A DNA stretch of 50,994 bases from Gemmatimonadota bacterium (GCA_046758745.1 JBHIAV010000017.1:1-50994), one strand, 5' to 3'. Counted from the stretch's first letter, positions 15,961 to 26,619 are shown. The notes: generated from the sequence alone by a model not told the origin. Numbers and translations are program-made.

Positions 15961-17907
15961 ATGGACCCGCAGTCACGACTGGAGCGGCTGGAGGCGAGGC
16001 TGGCCGCGCTGGAGGCGGAGCTCACCGCGCTGACCGCTGTGGTGCGCCGGGAGCAGGAGGTCAGGCGGGAGGCTCAGCGCCCGGCAGACCGGCCGGTGGC
16101 CGAAGATCGAGCGGGGCTCGCGGCAGCGGAGCCGCCCGAGCCGGCACGCGGGCTACTGGCGAAAGCCAGGCGGAAAACGCTCGTACGGGATCTCGAGACG
16201 TGGTACGGGGAGAACGCCCTCCTGGTGGTCGGCCTGCTTGCCCTCGTCGCGGCCGCCGGCTTCGCCCTCAAGTACGCCTTCGACCAGGGGTGGATCTCTC
16301 CGGCGCTGCGGGTGATCGCCGGCCTCCTGGGCGGAATCGGACTCGCCGCCTACGGCGAGCGCATGCGGCGGAAGGGGTTGGGGCGCTACGGCGGCGCCCT
16401 CGTCGGCGGGGGATCCGCGATCGCCTATCTGGCCGTGTGGGCCGCCGCCGGTCCCTACGAGCTGGTCGCGGCGCCGGTCGGGATCGGGGCGCTCGCCCTC
16501 CTGGCGGTGCTGGTAACGGCGAGCGCCGCGAGAAGCGGCGAACAGTATCTGGCCGCGCTCGCCTGTGCGGGCGCATTCGGCGCCCCGGTCATCCTGGCCC
16601 AGGCCCCGGGCTCCGCGAACCTGCTCGTCATGTACAGCGGGTTCGTGGCCGTAGGAGCCGGCGTGGTATCCGCGCGGTTCGGCTGGCGAACGACGTTCGG
16701 CATCGCGCTGGCCGGATTCTTTCTCGTGCCGGGCGCCCTGGCGCTGGTCGCGGCCGACGGCGCGCTGGTGAGCACGTACCTCGCCCTCGGCGGCGCGGCG
16801 GGTGTCGCGGTGACCCAACGGCGAGGCTGGAAGGGGCTCCGAGCGGCGGCCTTCCTTCTTGCCTGGTTTCTCCTGGCGGTGCACGCCGACGGCTCCGGGG
16901 GCTGGCGTGCGTGGTCCTTCGTCCTGATGCCCGCAGCCCTGGTCGCTCCCTCCTACCTGGCCGGCATGTGGGCCCTGTCGGGCGCGCCGCCCGGTGAGCC
17001 GATGGACCGCCTGCCGGGGACCAGGGTGGATTCCGAATGGCTCTACTTTCTGGCGGCCGCCGGGGCGTGGGCGGGCGTCGCGCTCCTGGCCGGTCCGCCT
17101 CCAATCTCGGGCTATCCCCTCGTGCTCCTCGGAGGCGTTGCGGCTCCGTATGTGGCCGTCGGCCTGAGGAGGCAGGCTCCGATCTTCCAGGCCACCGGAG
17201 TCGCGATCCTCGCGTGGGGCGTAGCCGAGCAGGCGGACGGCCTGTGGATCACGGCCGGATGGGCGCTTCTGGCGCTTCTGTCCGCCGCCGCCAGCCGCCC
17301 GGAGCGGATGGCCAGGGCGCGATGGGCGGGCCTCGGCGTGGCGGGTCTCGCGGCGTACCGGCTCATGGCCCTGGACCTGTTCGATCGGCCGGCCACCGAA
17401 GCGGCGTTCATCGGCGAATGGTCGCTGGTTTTCTATCTCCTTGTCGGCACCTTCATCGCTCTCGCCGGCCCTCTGTGGGGAAGGCCGGCCGATGCGGGAA
17501 GTCCGGGCGGCGGGATCGAGCTCCGGTCGGTGATGTGGTTCGGCGCCGGTGCGCTGTTCTTCGCGGGCGGGACATCGGAGATCGGCTTCTTCTTCGACCG
17601 CCCGGACGCGGCCGGCCAGGAGCTGGTTCGCGGACTCGCGATCAGCGTGTTCTGGCTCCTGTACGCGGGAGCCCTGATCGGGTATGGCTTGTGGCGGGAG
17701 CTGCGAGCGGTGCGCGTGGCCGGGCTCGTCGTGTCGGCCCTGGCGATCCTCAAGGTGACGTTCTTCGACCTCTCGACCCTCGAAGCCCTGTACCGAGTGG
17801 CCTCCTTCGGGCTGCTCGCGCTCATCGCGCTCGCCGCCGCGTACGCATATCACCGGCGGTCGAGAGTCGAGGATGAGAGCCAGTCCGCCGCTCCGAGCGC
17901 CCGATGA
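15961..17907 (+). CDS. DUF2339-family polytopic membrane protein
   Basis: N-terminal coiled coil, LE.WYG...LKYAFDQGWISPALR, many TMs, C-terminal KVTFFDLSTLEALYRVASF. Confidence 0.85.
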   Translation: MDPQSRLERLEARLAALEAELTALTAVVRREQEVRREAQRPADRPVAEDRAGLAAAEPPEPARGLLAKARRKTLVRDLETWYGENALLVVGLLALVAAAGFALKYAFDQGWISPALRVIAGLLGGIGLAAYGERMRRKGLGRYGGALVGGGSAIAYLAVWAAAGPYELVAAPVGIGALALLAVLVTASAARSGEQYLAALACAGAFGAPVILAQAPGSANLLVMYSGFVAVGAGVVSARFGWRTTFGIALAGFFLVPGALALVAADGALVSTYLALGGAAGVAVTQRRGWKGLRAAAFLLAWFLLAVHADGSGGWRAWSFVLMPAALVAPSYLAGMWALSGAPPGEPMDRLPGTRVDSEWLYFLAAAGAWAGVALLAGPPPISGYPLVLLGGVAAPYVAVGLRRQAPIFQATGVAILAWGVAEQADGLWITAGWALLALLSAAASRPERMARARWAGLGVAGLAAYRLMALDLFDRPATEAAFIGEWSLVFYLLVGTFIALAGPLWGRPADAGSPGGGIELRSVMWFGAGALFFAGGTSEIGFFFDRPDAAGQELVRGLAISVFWLLYAGALIGYGLWRELRAVRVAGLVVSALAILKVTFFDLSTLEALYRVASFGLLALIALAAAYAYHRRSRVEDESQSAAPSAR

Positions 17908-18016
17908 TCTCGGTGGTCACGACCACCGCCGGCGGGCTCGTGTGCTTCGGCGAGCAGGGCCACGTACCTCGCCCTCGCAGCGAGGCGATCGAGGCGGAGC
18001 TACCGGATGGAGAAGG

Positions 18017-18544
18017 TCAGCGGGCGGCTCGGCGGTTCGTCGCGGGGCGCGTCTGCTTCAGCAGCGGCGCGTAGACGTAGCCGAGCGCTCGTTGCACGTC
18101 TCGCACCGTCTCGTCGGCGCGGAAGATGGCGTACCAGCCCGCTTGTGCGAAATCCACGCGCACGCTGTCGCCGGGCTGGAGCCCGCCCACCATGGCGCTT
18201 TCCGTCGTCCGGTCCGCTCGGATCCTCGTCGAGCTGTGGATGTAGCGGATCTCTCCCCACCTCTCGGCCGCGTCGGCCGGCCGTCCGAGCCCCAGGGTCT
18301 GCCGGAGCGAGGGCAGGGAGAGCGCGGAGGGCGCGCCGACTCCAAGAAGGGTCGCGCTGAAGCCGGCGAGCAGGAAGACGGCCAGAAAGAGGCGGAGCTC
18401 TGCGCGTCCCGTGCGGGCTGCGGCGGCGCTCGGGGCTTGGGAGGCGGCCGGAGTGGGGTCGCCGGACGCGACATCACACTCGCTGCAATAGCGTCGCTTG
18501 GGCACGGCCGGCCGGCCGCACAGGGGGCACGCGGGCGTGTTCAG
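18017..18544 (-). CDS. Zinc-ribbon + TM + SH3b-like domain protein (probable CTG start)
   Basis: GGAGG 7 nt before CTG; CPLC...YCSEC; TM; TRIRADRTTESAMVGGLQPGDSVRV...GWY...GYVYAPLL. Confidence 0.65.
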   Translation of the reverse strand: MNTPACPLCGRPAVPKRRYCSECDVASGDPTPAASQAPSAAAARTGRAELRLFLAVFLLAGFSATLLGVGAPSALSLPSLRQTLGLGRPADAAERWGEIRYIHSSTRIRADRTTESAMVGGLQPGDSVRVDFAQAGWYAIFRADETVRDVQRALGYVYAPLLKQTRPATNRRAAR

Positions 18545-18804
18545 GGCGGTTCCTCCGGTTCGGTTTGCGCCCGGAAATCCGCAGGTTGCGTGCCTGCGCC
18601 CGCCCGCGGGTTCCGTGCCAGGCTCGCCGGCCCGGGAGCCCGCTGCACCTACCCCGGCTTCCGCGGCTTCGGACCGTGGCGCTGAACCGGCGGGCGGCGC
18701 GCCCGGGTCCGGGAGCCCGGGTCCGGGAGCCGGCGAGCCCCGGGCCGGCGCGGCCGGCTGCACGGGTGTCCTCCTGCGATGGCAATGCCTTGTGAAACAG
18801 TAAG

Positions 18805-19656
18805 TTAGACACTTGACCCGTATACGCTTCGACGGGTGGGCTCGGGCGGCCTCACAGCTGGCGAACCGGATGTCCCGCGAGCCCCAGACACCGGCGTCCA
18901 CGGCGGCTCGATTCTCCTCGCACACGGCGCGCCCCCGGCCTCCTGCCGTCCGGCTTCGGTGCATGCCGCCGCCCCGCTGGCGGACCGGAGCCACACTGTG
19001 GAAAACTCGGAGGCCTCGGGTCTGGCAAAATCCGGCGCCGGCTGCGCGGCCTCGAGCAGCGCCGGCTTCGAGCCCGCCGCCAGCGACCGGGGAGTGCCGA
19101 AGCGCCTGACCAGCGCGGAGCGCGCCGCCACTGGACCGCCGCGCGTTCCTTCGATCCGTCCCAGAATCCCGCTTTGCTCGTACGCGGTCAGGAGCTCCGA
19201 GTTCGAGAGCTCCCTGGCCTCCCGCACGAACTCGCGCATCTTGCCGCCGTAGCCCTCCGAGACTGCGACGAAGGCCGCGTCCACGTAGGCGTGCGCCGCC
19301 GTCAGGACGTCGCCGGTGGCCACGGCCACCCTGGCCGCCCTCTCCATCGACTTGCGCGCCGCCGGGAAGTCGCCCGCGTAGTAGAAGAGACGAGCCGCCC
19401 GATCATACCCCCAGTACCGGCCGGCGTCGTTCTTCGGCAGGCTCTCGGCGGCCTGCTTGTGCAGCTTGGCCGCTTCCTTCCAGCGGCTCGGCGTCTCGTA
19501 CAGGGCGATGGCCTGCCGGTGCAGCTCCTTCTCCAACGACCTCACCTCGATGGCCGGCAGCTCGAACATCGGCCGGTCCTGTGCGAGGGCGGGGGTTGCG
19601 AGGGCTAGGCTGGCTGCTGAGGCTGCCACGGCACCGAGAAGATTCGTCCGCTTCAT
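18805..19656 (-). CDS. Secreted helical (TPR-like) hypothetical protein; 3' end uncertain
   Basis: GGAGGAGG RBS, signal peptide ending ALA-Q, helical repeats GDV.TAAHAYVDAAF. Confidence 0.75.
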   Translation of the reverse strand: MKRTNLLGAVAASAASLALATPALAQDRPMFELPAIEVRSLEKELHRQAIALYETPSRWKEAAKLHKQAAESLPKNDAGRYWGYDRAARLFYYAGDFPAARKSMERAARVAVATGDVLTAAHAYVDAAFVAVSEGYGGKMREFVREARELSNSELLTAYEQSGILGRIEGTRGGPVAARSALVRRFGTPRSLAAGSKPALLEAAQPAPDFARPEASEFSTVWLRSASGAAACTEAGRQEAGGAPCARRIEPPWTPVSGARGTSGSPAVRPPEPTRRSVYGSSV

Positions 19657-19917
19657 CGTCCACCTCCTCCCACTCTTCCCAATGGTTGGCTCGGCTCGAT
19701 CCGGGCTTTCGCCGGCCGAGCCACGCATCCTCATAGACGGCTGTGGCCCGTGAAACGTTGCCGGCTCCTTTAACACAACTCTCCCGAGCGACGTCTCGTG
19801 AAATGAGAGCGGATTCGAGAAGCCCGATGCGGAGCGCCTACGAAGGCGCCGCGAGCGACCCGGAAGAGGCGGTGGCTACCGCGGCGGGCGAATGACAGCG
19901 ACGCGGGGAGGTGGACC

Positions 19918-20583
19918 ATGAGAAGGCAACTGATGCTCATCGGCGCGCTGGTCGGGGCGATCGCCACCGCGGCTTGTGGCAACGACGACGCGGCCACGGG
20001 ACCGTCGGCCGCCGGCCTGAGCGCGGCCGAGGCCGAGGCTCTGGCCCTGGACTTCGACGGGACGGGAATCGAGATGATCGGCGGTGAGATCGCCGCGGGC
20101 GGGGGCTCGGCGGCCGTGTCGCCTTCGCTTTCCCTCAGCCCATCGCCGGTCTTCGACCTCATCGTCACCGACATCACCTTCACGCGCACGCGGAGCTGTC
20201 CGCTGGGCGGGGAGGTGGAGCTCGCCGGTGAGATGCACCGGGAGCGGGACACCGACACGAACACGCTCACGGTGGAGTTCGAGGCGGACAAGACGCCGGA
20301 TCACTGCAGCTACGCGATCCCGAGCGGGACGATCTCGATCTCGGGCAACCCGAACATCGCGATCTCCGGCTTCAGGATGCGCGTGAACGGCGTGCCCACG
20401 GGACTCCAGACCACGACGTACGTGGGAAGCTTCACGTGGGAGAAGAGCGCCGGGGCGAGCGGGACCTGCGAGGTGGACATCAGCTCCGTGCTCGACCCCG
20501 AGAACCACACCCGGACGGTGAGCGGGACGTTCTGCGGCCGCATCGTCGATCGGACGGTCACGTGGGATGCGTCCGCTGGCTGA
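19918..20583 (+). CDS. Hypothetical lipoprotein
   Basis: GGAGGT RBS; lipobox TAAC; beta-rich body with paired cysteines (SCPLGG, GTFCG). Confidence 0.8.
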   Translation: MRRQLMLIGALVGAIATAACGNDDAATGPSAAGLSAAEAEALALDFDGTGIEMIGGEIAAGGGSAAVSPSLSLSPSPVFDLIVTDITFTRTRSCPLGGEVELAGEMHRERDTDTNTLTVEFEADKTPDHCSYAIPSGTISISGNPNIAISGFRMRVNGVPTGLQTTTYVGSFTWEKSAGASGTCEVDISSVLDPENHTRTVSGTFCGRIVDRTVTWDASAG

Positions 20584-20850
20584 GCCTGCGTGTCCTGACG
20601 CTTCCACATCTGCGAGCGGCGCCGGACGTGCTCCGGGCCGCTCGTCGTTTTTTCCGACGGATCGTTCCTTCGGCGGACTGCGCGGGGGCCACGACCTGCG
20701 AAGGTGTACGGTGGCGTCCGCGCATGCTTCGTCCGCTCCTCCTTACCGGCTTCGGTCCCATCCTTCCCTCGCGGGCGCTTCGAAACCAGGCCGCTGCTGG
20801 GTACGTAGCGCTCAGGAGACAGCGGCGCGCAGCGCTCAGCGGACAACGGT

Positions 20851-23691
20851 TTGCCCGTCGGCCGCGTCCAAGAGACAGACGCGGGAGTTCTCGGGCCTCG
20901 AGCGTGCGGACGGGGGGAGGTCGCTACTCTGCTCCGGAGTGGGCTGCACCACCGGTCGGTCATCAGACGCGTGGCGACGGCGCTATTCGCCCTCGGCGTC
21001 ATCGTGCCGGCGCTGTTCGCACTGGAGGCGATCGTCGTCGCCCGGCTCCCGGACGTGCGCTTCCGCGCTCCCACCCGCATCTACGCCCGCCCCGTCGTGC
21101 TATCCCTCGGGATGCGACCGAGCCGGGCGCTCGTCGAGGATCACTTGAGACGGCTGGGCTACGTTCGAGCGACCGGCCGGAGCGTGGGGCTCGGGGAGTA
21201 CGATCTCGGGGTGCGCGGCTGGGTCATCGGCCGCCGGCCCTTCCGTCACCACGACCGACTCGTCCTGGGCGGGACGACCGTGGTCCGGTTCAACCGGGCC
21301 GGTCGGATCGCCCGGCTGGAGGACGAGCGCGGCCGACCGTTCTCCCGCGTCGCGCTGGAGCCGGAGATCATCGGCAGCCTGTACGACGGGTCCAGGGAGG
21401 ACCGCGTTCCGGTGCGGCTGGCCGACGTCCCGGAGCACCTGGTGGAGGCCGTCCTCACGATCGAGGACCAGCGGTTCTTCGCGCACGGCGGTCTCGACCT
21501 CAGGCGGATCGCCGCCGCGATGCTGGCGAACCTGCGCGCCGGTCGCATCGTGCAGGGCGGGAGCACGCTCACACAGCAGCTCGCCAAGAACCTGTATCTG
21601 AGCCCGCGGCGCACGCTGGTCCGGAAGGTCCGCGAGGCGGCGATCGCGCTGGCGCTCGAGCGGCGGCACGAAAAACGGGAGATCCTCGAGGCGTACCTGA
21701 ACGAGGTGTACCTCGGGCAGGCCGGCGCGATCGCGGTCCATGGTGTGGGCGCGGCGGCGCGCCACTACTTCGCGAAGGATGTCGGCGAGCTCGACTTGAG
21801 CGAGTCGGCGCTCCTCGCAGGCCTCATTCGGGGCCCGAGTCTCTACTCGCCCTTCCGCCACCCGGCCGCCGCGAAGTCGCGCCGCGATCTGGTCCTCAGG
21901 CTGATGCGGGAGCGGGGGGTCATCGCCGAGGTGGCCTTCCGGAAAGCGCAGGAGGCCCCGCTCGAGGTGAGGAAGCGGCGCGAGGCGCCGCGGAGCGCCC
22001 GCTACTTCGTCGACTTCGTCGCCGAGCGGCTGCGGGCGGACGATGGGTCCCGGCGACTCGGCCGTGGCGAGGCGCCCGAGGCCGGCAGGGCGCTCGAGGG
22101 CGGCACCGGGGTGGAAGGCGGCAACAAGCTCGAAGGCGGCAGGGCGCTCGAAGGCGGCCCCGGGCTTGAGAGCGGCAGCGGGCTCGGGGGCGGCGCGCGG
22201 CTCGAAGGCGGGGGCCTCGCCGTCTTCACCACGCTGGACATGCGCCTGCAGCGGGCTGCGGGGGAGGCGGTGCGGGAGGGGCTCGCGCGGCTCGAGTCTC
22301 AGCTGCCGGCCCTGGCGCGGAGGGGACCGGAGGACGCGCCCCTCCAGGCCGCGCTCATCGCCCTCGATCCGCGAGGCGGCCAGATCCTCGCCATGGTGGG
22401 AGGCCGCGAGTACGGGACGTCCCAGTTCAACCGCGCCGTCCGGGCGCGCCGCCAGCCCGGGAGCGCCTTCAAGCCGATCGTGGCGCTGGCCGCCGTGTCA
22501 CGGCCCGCCGGCGGTGGGCGGCCATTCACCCTGGCGTCGGTGCTCGAGGACGAGCCGCTCACGGTCGAGACGCCGGCCGGGCCCTGGCGGCCGGTGAACT
22601 ACGACCGACGCTTCCGAGGCGCCGTGACCCTGAGGGAAGCGCTGGAGCGCTCCCTCAACGTGCCGTTCGCCCGCCTCGGGATCGAGGTCGGGCCGCCCCG
22701 AATCGTCGAGGCGGCGCGCGAGCTGGGCATCCAGAGTCCACTCGAGCCCTATCCGAGCCTCGCGCTCGGGGCCTTCGAGGTGACGCCGCTCGAGCTCACG
22801 CGCGCCTACGCGGTGCTGGCGGCGGGCGGATTCCGGACCCGGCTCCGCGCCACGTTGGCCGTCCTGGACCCCGAAGGAAACGTCCTCGCCCTCGGCCGGG
22901 ACGGGAGGGAGCTCGCGGCGGGCCGAGAGGGGAACGCGCCAGCTTCGGGCCGAGAGGGAAGCGCATCTCCCGTGGGCCGCGAGGGAAACGCCCTGGCCCC
23001 GGGCAGAGCGGGGAACGGGCGCGGGCAGCGCGCAGGGCGCGCTCTCGAGGCCGACGGTCTGGGCGAGCGGGTCTACGACCCGGCCGAGGCGTATCTCGTG
23101 ACCTCGGCCCTGCGCGGGGCGGTCGAGCGCGGCACCGGCCGCGGTCTCCGCGCCCTCGGCTTCTACGGCGACGTGGCCGCCAAGTCGGGCACCACGAACG
23201 GATTCCGCGACGCCTGGTTCATGGCCTACACGCCGGCGCTCGCGGTGGGCGTGTGGGTCGGCTTCGACGATGGGCGGAGCCTCGGCCTCCCGGGGGCGCG
23301 TGTGGCCCTTCCCATCTTCGCCCGCTTCATGATCCAGGCGGTCGGCCCGACCGGGGACGAGGGCCCTTACGCGAGCCCCGGCTTCTCGTACCCGGCCGGC
23401 CTCGAGCTGGTGGAGGTGGATCCCGAAACGGGGCTCCGCGCCGGGCCCGGCTGCCGCGGCCGCATGGAGGTCTTCCTGGCCGGAACGGCACCCGAGGCGA
23501 GCTGCTGGCCGGTCTGGCTCGCCGCGCGTCGCGGGGGAGCTGGCGGGCTCCGTCGCCTGGAACGCTACCTGCGCGGCCCCGAGTCACAGCGGAGGCGGGA
23601 GCTCGGGCGCCTCTTCGGCGCGCTGCGCGAGCAGGTGCTCCGGAGCCTCGATCGGGAGGCGCGGGTCCTGTCGGAGCCGCGGCCGTATTGA
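20851..23691 (+). CDS. mrcB: Class A penicillin-binding protein, PBP1B-like (UB2H + GT51 + transpeptidase); start uncertain
   Basis: EDQRFFAHGG, GGSTLTQQLAKN, RKVRE, YLNEVYLG; SAFK, SLN, KSG; UB2H-like LRRLGY. Confidence 0.88.
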   Translation: MPVGRVQETDAGVLGPRACGRGEVATLLRSGLHHRSVIRRVATALFALGVIVPALFALEAIVVARLPDVRFRAPTRIYARPVVLSLGMRPSRALVEDHLRRLGYVRATGRSVGLGEYDLGVRGWVIGRRPFRHHDRLVLGGTTVVRFNRAGRIARLEDERGRPFSRVALEPEIIGSLYDGSREDRVPVRLADVPEHLVEAVLTIEDQRFFAHGGLDLRRIAAAMLANLRAGRIVQGGSTLTQQLAKNLYLSPRRTLVRKVREAAIALALERRHEKREILEAYLNEVYLGQAGAIAVHGVGAAARHYFAKDVGELDLSESALLAGLIRGPSLYSPFRHPAAAKSRRDLVLRLMRERGVIAEVAFRKAQEAPLEVRKRREAPRSARYFVDFVAERLRADDGSRRLGRGEAPEAGRALEGGTGVEGGNKLEGGRALEGGPGLESGSGLGGGARLEGGGLAVFTTLDMRLQRAAGEAVREGLARLESQLPALARRGPEDAPLQAALIALDPRGGQILAMVGGREYGTSQFNRAVRARRQPGSAFKPIVALAAVSRPAGGGRPFTLASVLEDEPLTVETPAGPWRPVNYDRRFRGAVTLREALERSLNVPFARLGIEVGPPRIVEAARELGIQSPLEPYPSLALGAFEVTPLELTRAYAVLAAGGFRTRLRATLAVLDPEGNVLALGRDGRELAAGREGNAPASGREGSASPVGREGNALAPGRAGNGRGQRAGRALEADGLGERVYDPAEAYLVTSALRGAVERGTGRGLRALGFYGDVAAKSGTTNGFRDAWFMAYTPALAVGVWVGFDDGRSLGLPGARVALPIFARFMIQAVGPTGDEGPYASPGFSYPAGLELVEVDPETGLRAGPGCRGRMEVFLAGTAPEASCWPVWLAARRGGAGGLRRLERYLRGPESQRRRELGRLFGALREQVLRSLDREARVLSEPRPY
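22075..22218 (+). repeat. In-frame 18-nt x8 degenerate repeat (LEGGxx)
   Basis: PEAGRA LEGGTG VEGGNK LEGGRA LEGGPG LESGSG LGGGAR LEGGGL. Confidence 0.9.
22867..23016 (+). repeat. In-frame 27-nt x~5.5 degenerate repeat (GREGNxxxx)
   Basis: DPEGNVLAL GRDGRELAA GREGNAPAS GREGSASPV GREGNALAP GRAGN. Confidence 0.85.
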
Positions 23692-23802
23692 GCAGGGCCG
23701 GCGCCTCGGGTGTCTCCCCCCCGGCGCGGCGGCGCGCTTCTTCGCTCTTGGTCTTGGGTCACTCCGGGGGTAAACGGCCGGGGCACGGACGAGCCGGTGC
23801 GA

Positions 23803-24411
23803 TCACCGCTCTGTGGAGCGGCCCGGAGCGCGTCCCGGGGGCGGTCGCGTGCGGCCCGGTGCCGGGCCGGACCGCGACAGCTTCTCCGCTCGAGCGGCTG
23901 AGACGCGCCCCACCGTGATCGGCATCGGGAGGTGTGAGCGGGCGCTCCGGCTGAACGCCCCGATGCCGGTCGAGTTGTCGTGACGAAGCGTGGTGCAGCG
24001 GACCGCGAGCCGGGCGTACGGGTCCTCCTGACCGGGGGCCGGCCCCTTCCCCGCCTCCCGGGCGTAGGCGAGCCAAGGGTCGTCCTTACAGCGAAAGACG
24101 GCTTCCACCGAGCCCCGATCGCCCTCCAGCTCCAGCGCCTCGTGTGCCTCGCTGGTCCGCCCGTCCCACGTGCCGAGCGCGTCGACCCGCACCGTCTCCA
24201 GCTTGCCGCCCTCTCGCACTCGGCACATTCCCTTCCAGGCGTACCGGTGCTCCGGCTCATTCGGGACGCCGCGTGCTTCGTGAAGCTCGAGCGCCTGGCA
24301 CGAGGCCTCGTCGGAGAGCCGGGAATAGAGGCCGGAGGTCTGTGCATGCGCTCGAGGGGCGGCCATGGGAGCGATCAGGAAAGCGGCGGTCAGCGAGATG
24401 GGGACGCACAT
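23803..24411 (-). CDS. Secreted hypothetical protein
   Basis: Signal-like N-terminus ending AHA-Q; globular body with four Cys. Confidence 0.6.
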   Translation of the reverse strand: MCVPISLTAAFLIAPMAAPRAHAQTSGLYSRLSDEASCQALELHEARGVPNEPEHRYAWKGMCRVREGGKLETVRVDALGTWDGRTSEAHEALELEGDRGSVEAVFRCKDDPWLAYAREAGKGPAPGQEDPYARLAVRCTTLRHDNSTGIGAFSRSARSHLPMPITVGRVSAARAEKLSRSGPAPGRTRPPPGRAPGRSTER

Positions 24412-24911
24412 GGAGCGCGGTGGCCGCCCCCCGGCGAGCCGCAGAGAGAGACCCCCCGGCCCGGCCGGAATCGTGAAGAAATTGCGGACGGTCGACGGGC
24501 TCTGGCTCGCCGGAGCTGCCAACGGTACCTCCGGAAATAGCGAACAGGTCGTCGGTTAGGCTGACCGTCCATATCGGTGTCCGCCAGGCGACGTCCCCGG
24601 AGCTTGCCGAATTCGCGTAGTGGGCCGGCGGATGGTGCAAGGGCCGAGCCAGGGCCGAGCCACGGGGCTCGAAGAACGGCGGAGCGCGCGGGTCTCTTGT
24701 AGTGCGGGGAGAGCACTTCTTAGGTTGCGCCAGGGTCCGATCAGGAGGCCTGTTCGGCCGCGATCGAGAGCTCGCCATGCCGGCCGAGGGAAGGGGAGCC
24801 CGCCCGCGGGGGGGAGCCGGTCCGCCGGGGGGGCCTGAGCGGGAGCGGCGGCCGGCGCGTACTCTGGTTTGACGCGAGGTGGTCGGCAGCCATGGAAGGT
24901 GGATCGCATCG

Positions 24912-25520
24912 ATGGGTCTTCTGAGGGGCTCGACGGCGACCCTCGTCCTGCTGCTCGCGGCCGATGTGGCATGGGGTCAGGTGGTGGAGAGCTTCCGCGG
25001 CCACACATGGGGCACGCATCGGTCGGCGATCCCCGAGTTGGCCGAGGCGGATGCACGAGAGGCCCCGAACGGCATGACGGCGTACGGAATCGAGGCGAAG
25101 CTGTTGGGGTACGCCGGTACCGCCTTCTTCCTGTTCGATCCCGACTCCGACGAACTTCTGGAGGGCATCTACATCTTCCCGCTGGAGACGGAAAACTGCA
25201 CGCGGGCCTGGACGGATTTCGAGAAAGCCCTGGCCGAGGAGTTTCCTTCTCTTCGGATCGAGCGGTTCAAAGACGACTGGGATGAGAAGCAGCAGCGGAT
25301 CTACGACTCGTTCTGTGAGTTCTACGTTTTCAACGCCAAGAGCAAGAACTGGATCACCCGATTCCGCAATGCCGACACCGAGCTCGTGGAGGTCGGGATG
25401 GCGATGGGCGTCCAGGGGCTGAGACCGAGGCTCAACATCCTGTACCTGAGCGAAGAAGCCGTCTCCTGGGACGGGAAGCGCGAGGAGGAAACGGCCTCGC
25501 TCGAAGATCGAGGGCCGTGA
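24912..25520 (+). CDS. Secreted hypothetical protein
   Basis: Signal peptide, FRGHTWG motif, coding-like codon usage. Confidence 0.7.
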   Translation: MGLLRGSTATLVLLLAADVAWGQVVESFRGHTWGTHRSAIPELAEADAREAPNGMTAYGIEAKLLGYAGTAFFLFDPDSDELLEGIYIFPLETENCTRAWTDFEKALAEEFPSLRIERFKDDWDEKQQRIYDSFCEFYVFNAKSKNWITRFRNADTELVEVGMAMGVQGLRPRLNILYLSEEAVSWDGKREEETASLEDRGP

Positions 25521-25560
25521 CCAGCCCTCCCGCCTCCGTTCGGCTCGAGTGGCGCGCCTC

Positions 25561-26529
25561 TCAGCGCACCCCGCGCGTGGGATCCATGCCGTGCCGGTCC
25601 AGCCACTCCAGGAGGTCCTCGATGCTGGCCGTGGCGAGCGCGATGCAGGTGTCGGCGCCTCCGTAATACAGGTTCAGGGTGTCCCCGTCCGGGCTGAGCG
25701 TGTAGCCGCACGGGAAGACGACGTTGGCGACGTCGCCGAAGCGTTCGTAGTGCGCCTCGGGTCCGAACACCCACTGGTCGCCGCGTCGCAGGCAGCGCTC
25801 CGGCTTCTCGAGGTCGAACAGGGCCAGACCGAGGCGGTACAGCCTGCCGGAGGCGGTCTGCCGGACCCCGTGGTAGATGACCAGCCACCCCCGATCCGTC
25901 TCGATGGGCGGGGGCGAGAGCCCGACCTTGTTGGCATCCCACCAGCCCCCGCGCCGCGCCTCCATGATGAGCTGGTGGCTTCCCCAGTGCCGAAGGTCCG
26001 GCGAGTAGGAGATCCAGATATGAGCGCCGAGCGGGCCCGTGGGCCGGTGAAGGAGCGCCCAGTTCCCGCCGATTCGTTTGGGCAGGAGCGCGGCGTCCTT
26101 GTCCTCCGGGGGAAGTATCTCCCCGTAGCGGTCGAAGGAGCGGAAGTCCTCGGTGAGCGCCAGGGAGACCCCGGGCCCCGCCCGGGAGAAGCCCGTGTAC
26201 ACCACGATGTATTTCTCGAGGTCGGCGACGTAGGTGATGCGAGGGTCCTCGATCCCCCACTTCTCCTCCGGATACCCTTCCGGATCGGGCAGCAGGGTGG
26301 GCTGCGAGTCGATCGTCCACTCGTCCACCCCGTCCGGCGAGCGCGCCGCGCACAGGTGAGACAGACCGGTGCGATCCTCGACGCGGCAGAGGAGAAGGGT
26401 ACTCCCATCCCTGAGCAGCGTGGCCCCGGCGTTGAACACCGTGTTGATGGGGTAGGGCCACTCGGTCGCCCGCAGAATCGGGTTGTTCGGGTGGCGCTGA
26501 AAGAGAACCTCGTTCTTGTCCCCGTTCAT
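25561..26529 (-). CDS. GH130-family glycosidase/phosphorylase
   Basis: NPIL, VFNAGA, GIEDPRI, EDKDAALLP, NVVFPCG, YYGGAD. Confidence 0.92.
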   Translation of the reverse strand: MNGDKNEVLFQRHPNNPILRATEWPYPINTVFNAGATLLRDGSTLLLCRVEDRTGLSHLCAARSPDGVDEWTIDSQPTLLPDPEGYPEEKWGIEDPRITYVADLEKYIVVYTGFSRAGPGVSLALTEDFRSFDRYGEILPPEDKDAALLPKRIGGNWALLHRPTGPLGAHIWISYSPDLRHWGSHQLIMEARRGGWWDANKVGLSPPPIETDRGWLVIYHGVRQTASGRLYRLGLALFDLEKPERCLRRGDQWVFGPEAHYERFGDVANVVFPCGYTLSPDGDTLNLYYGGADTCIALATASIEDLLEWLDRHGMDPTRGVR

Positions 26530-26619
26530 ACCCTGTCTCCGCTCGCTGACCTCGCTCCTCTTCCGGCTATGCCTCTTCTCTCCCTACTGCCTGCCCGCCA
26601 TCGATCCGGGTCGCTCCTC

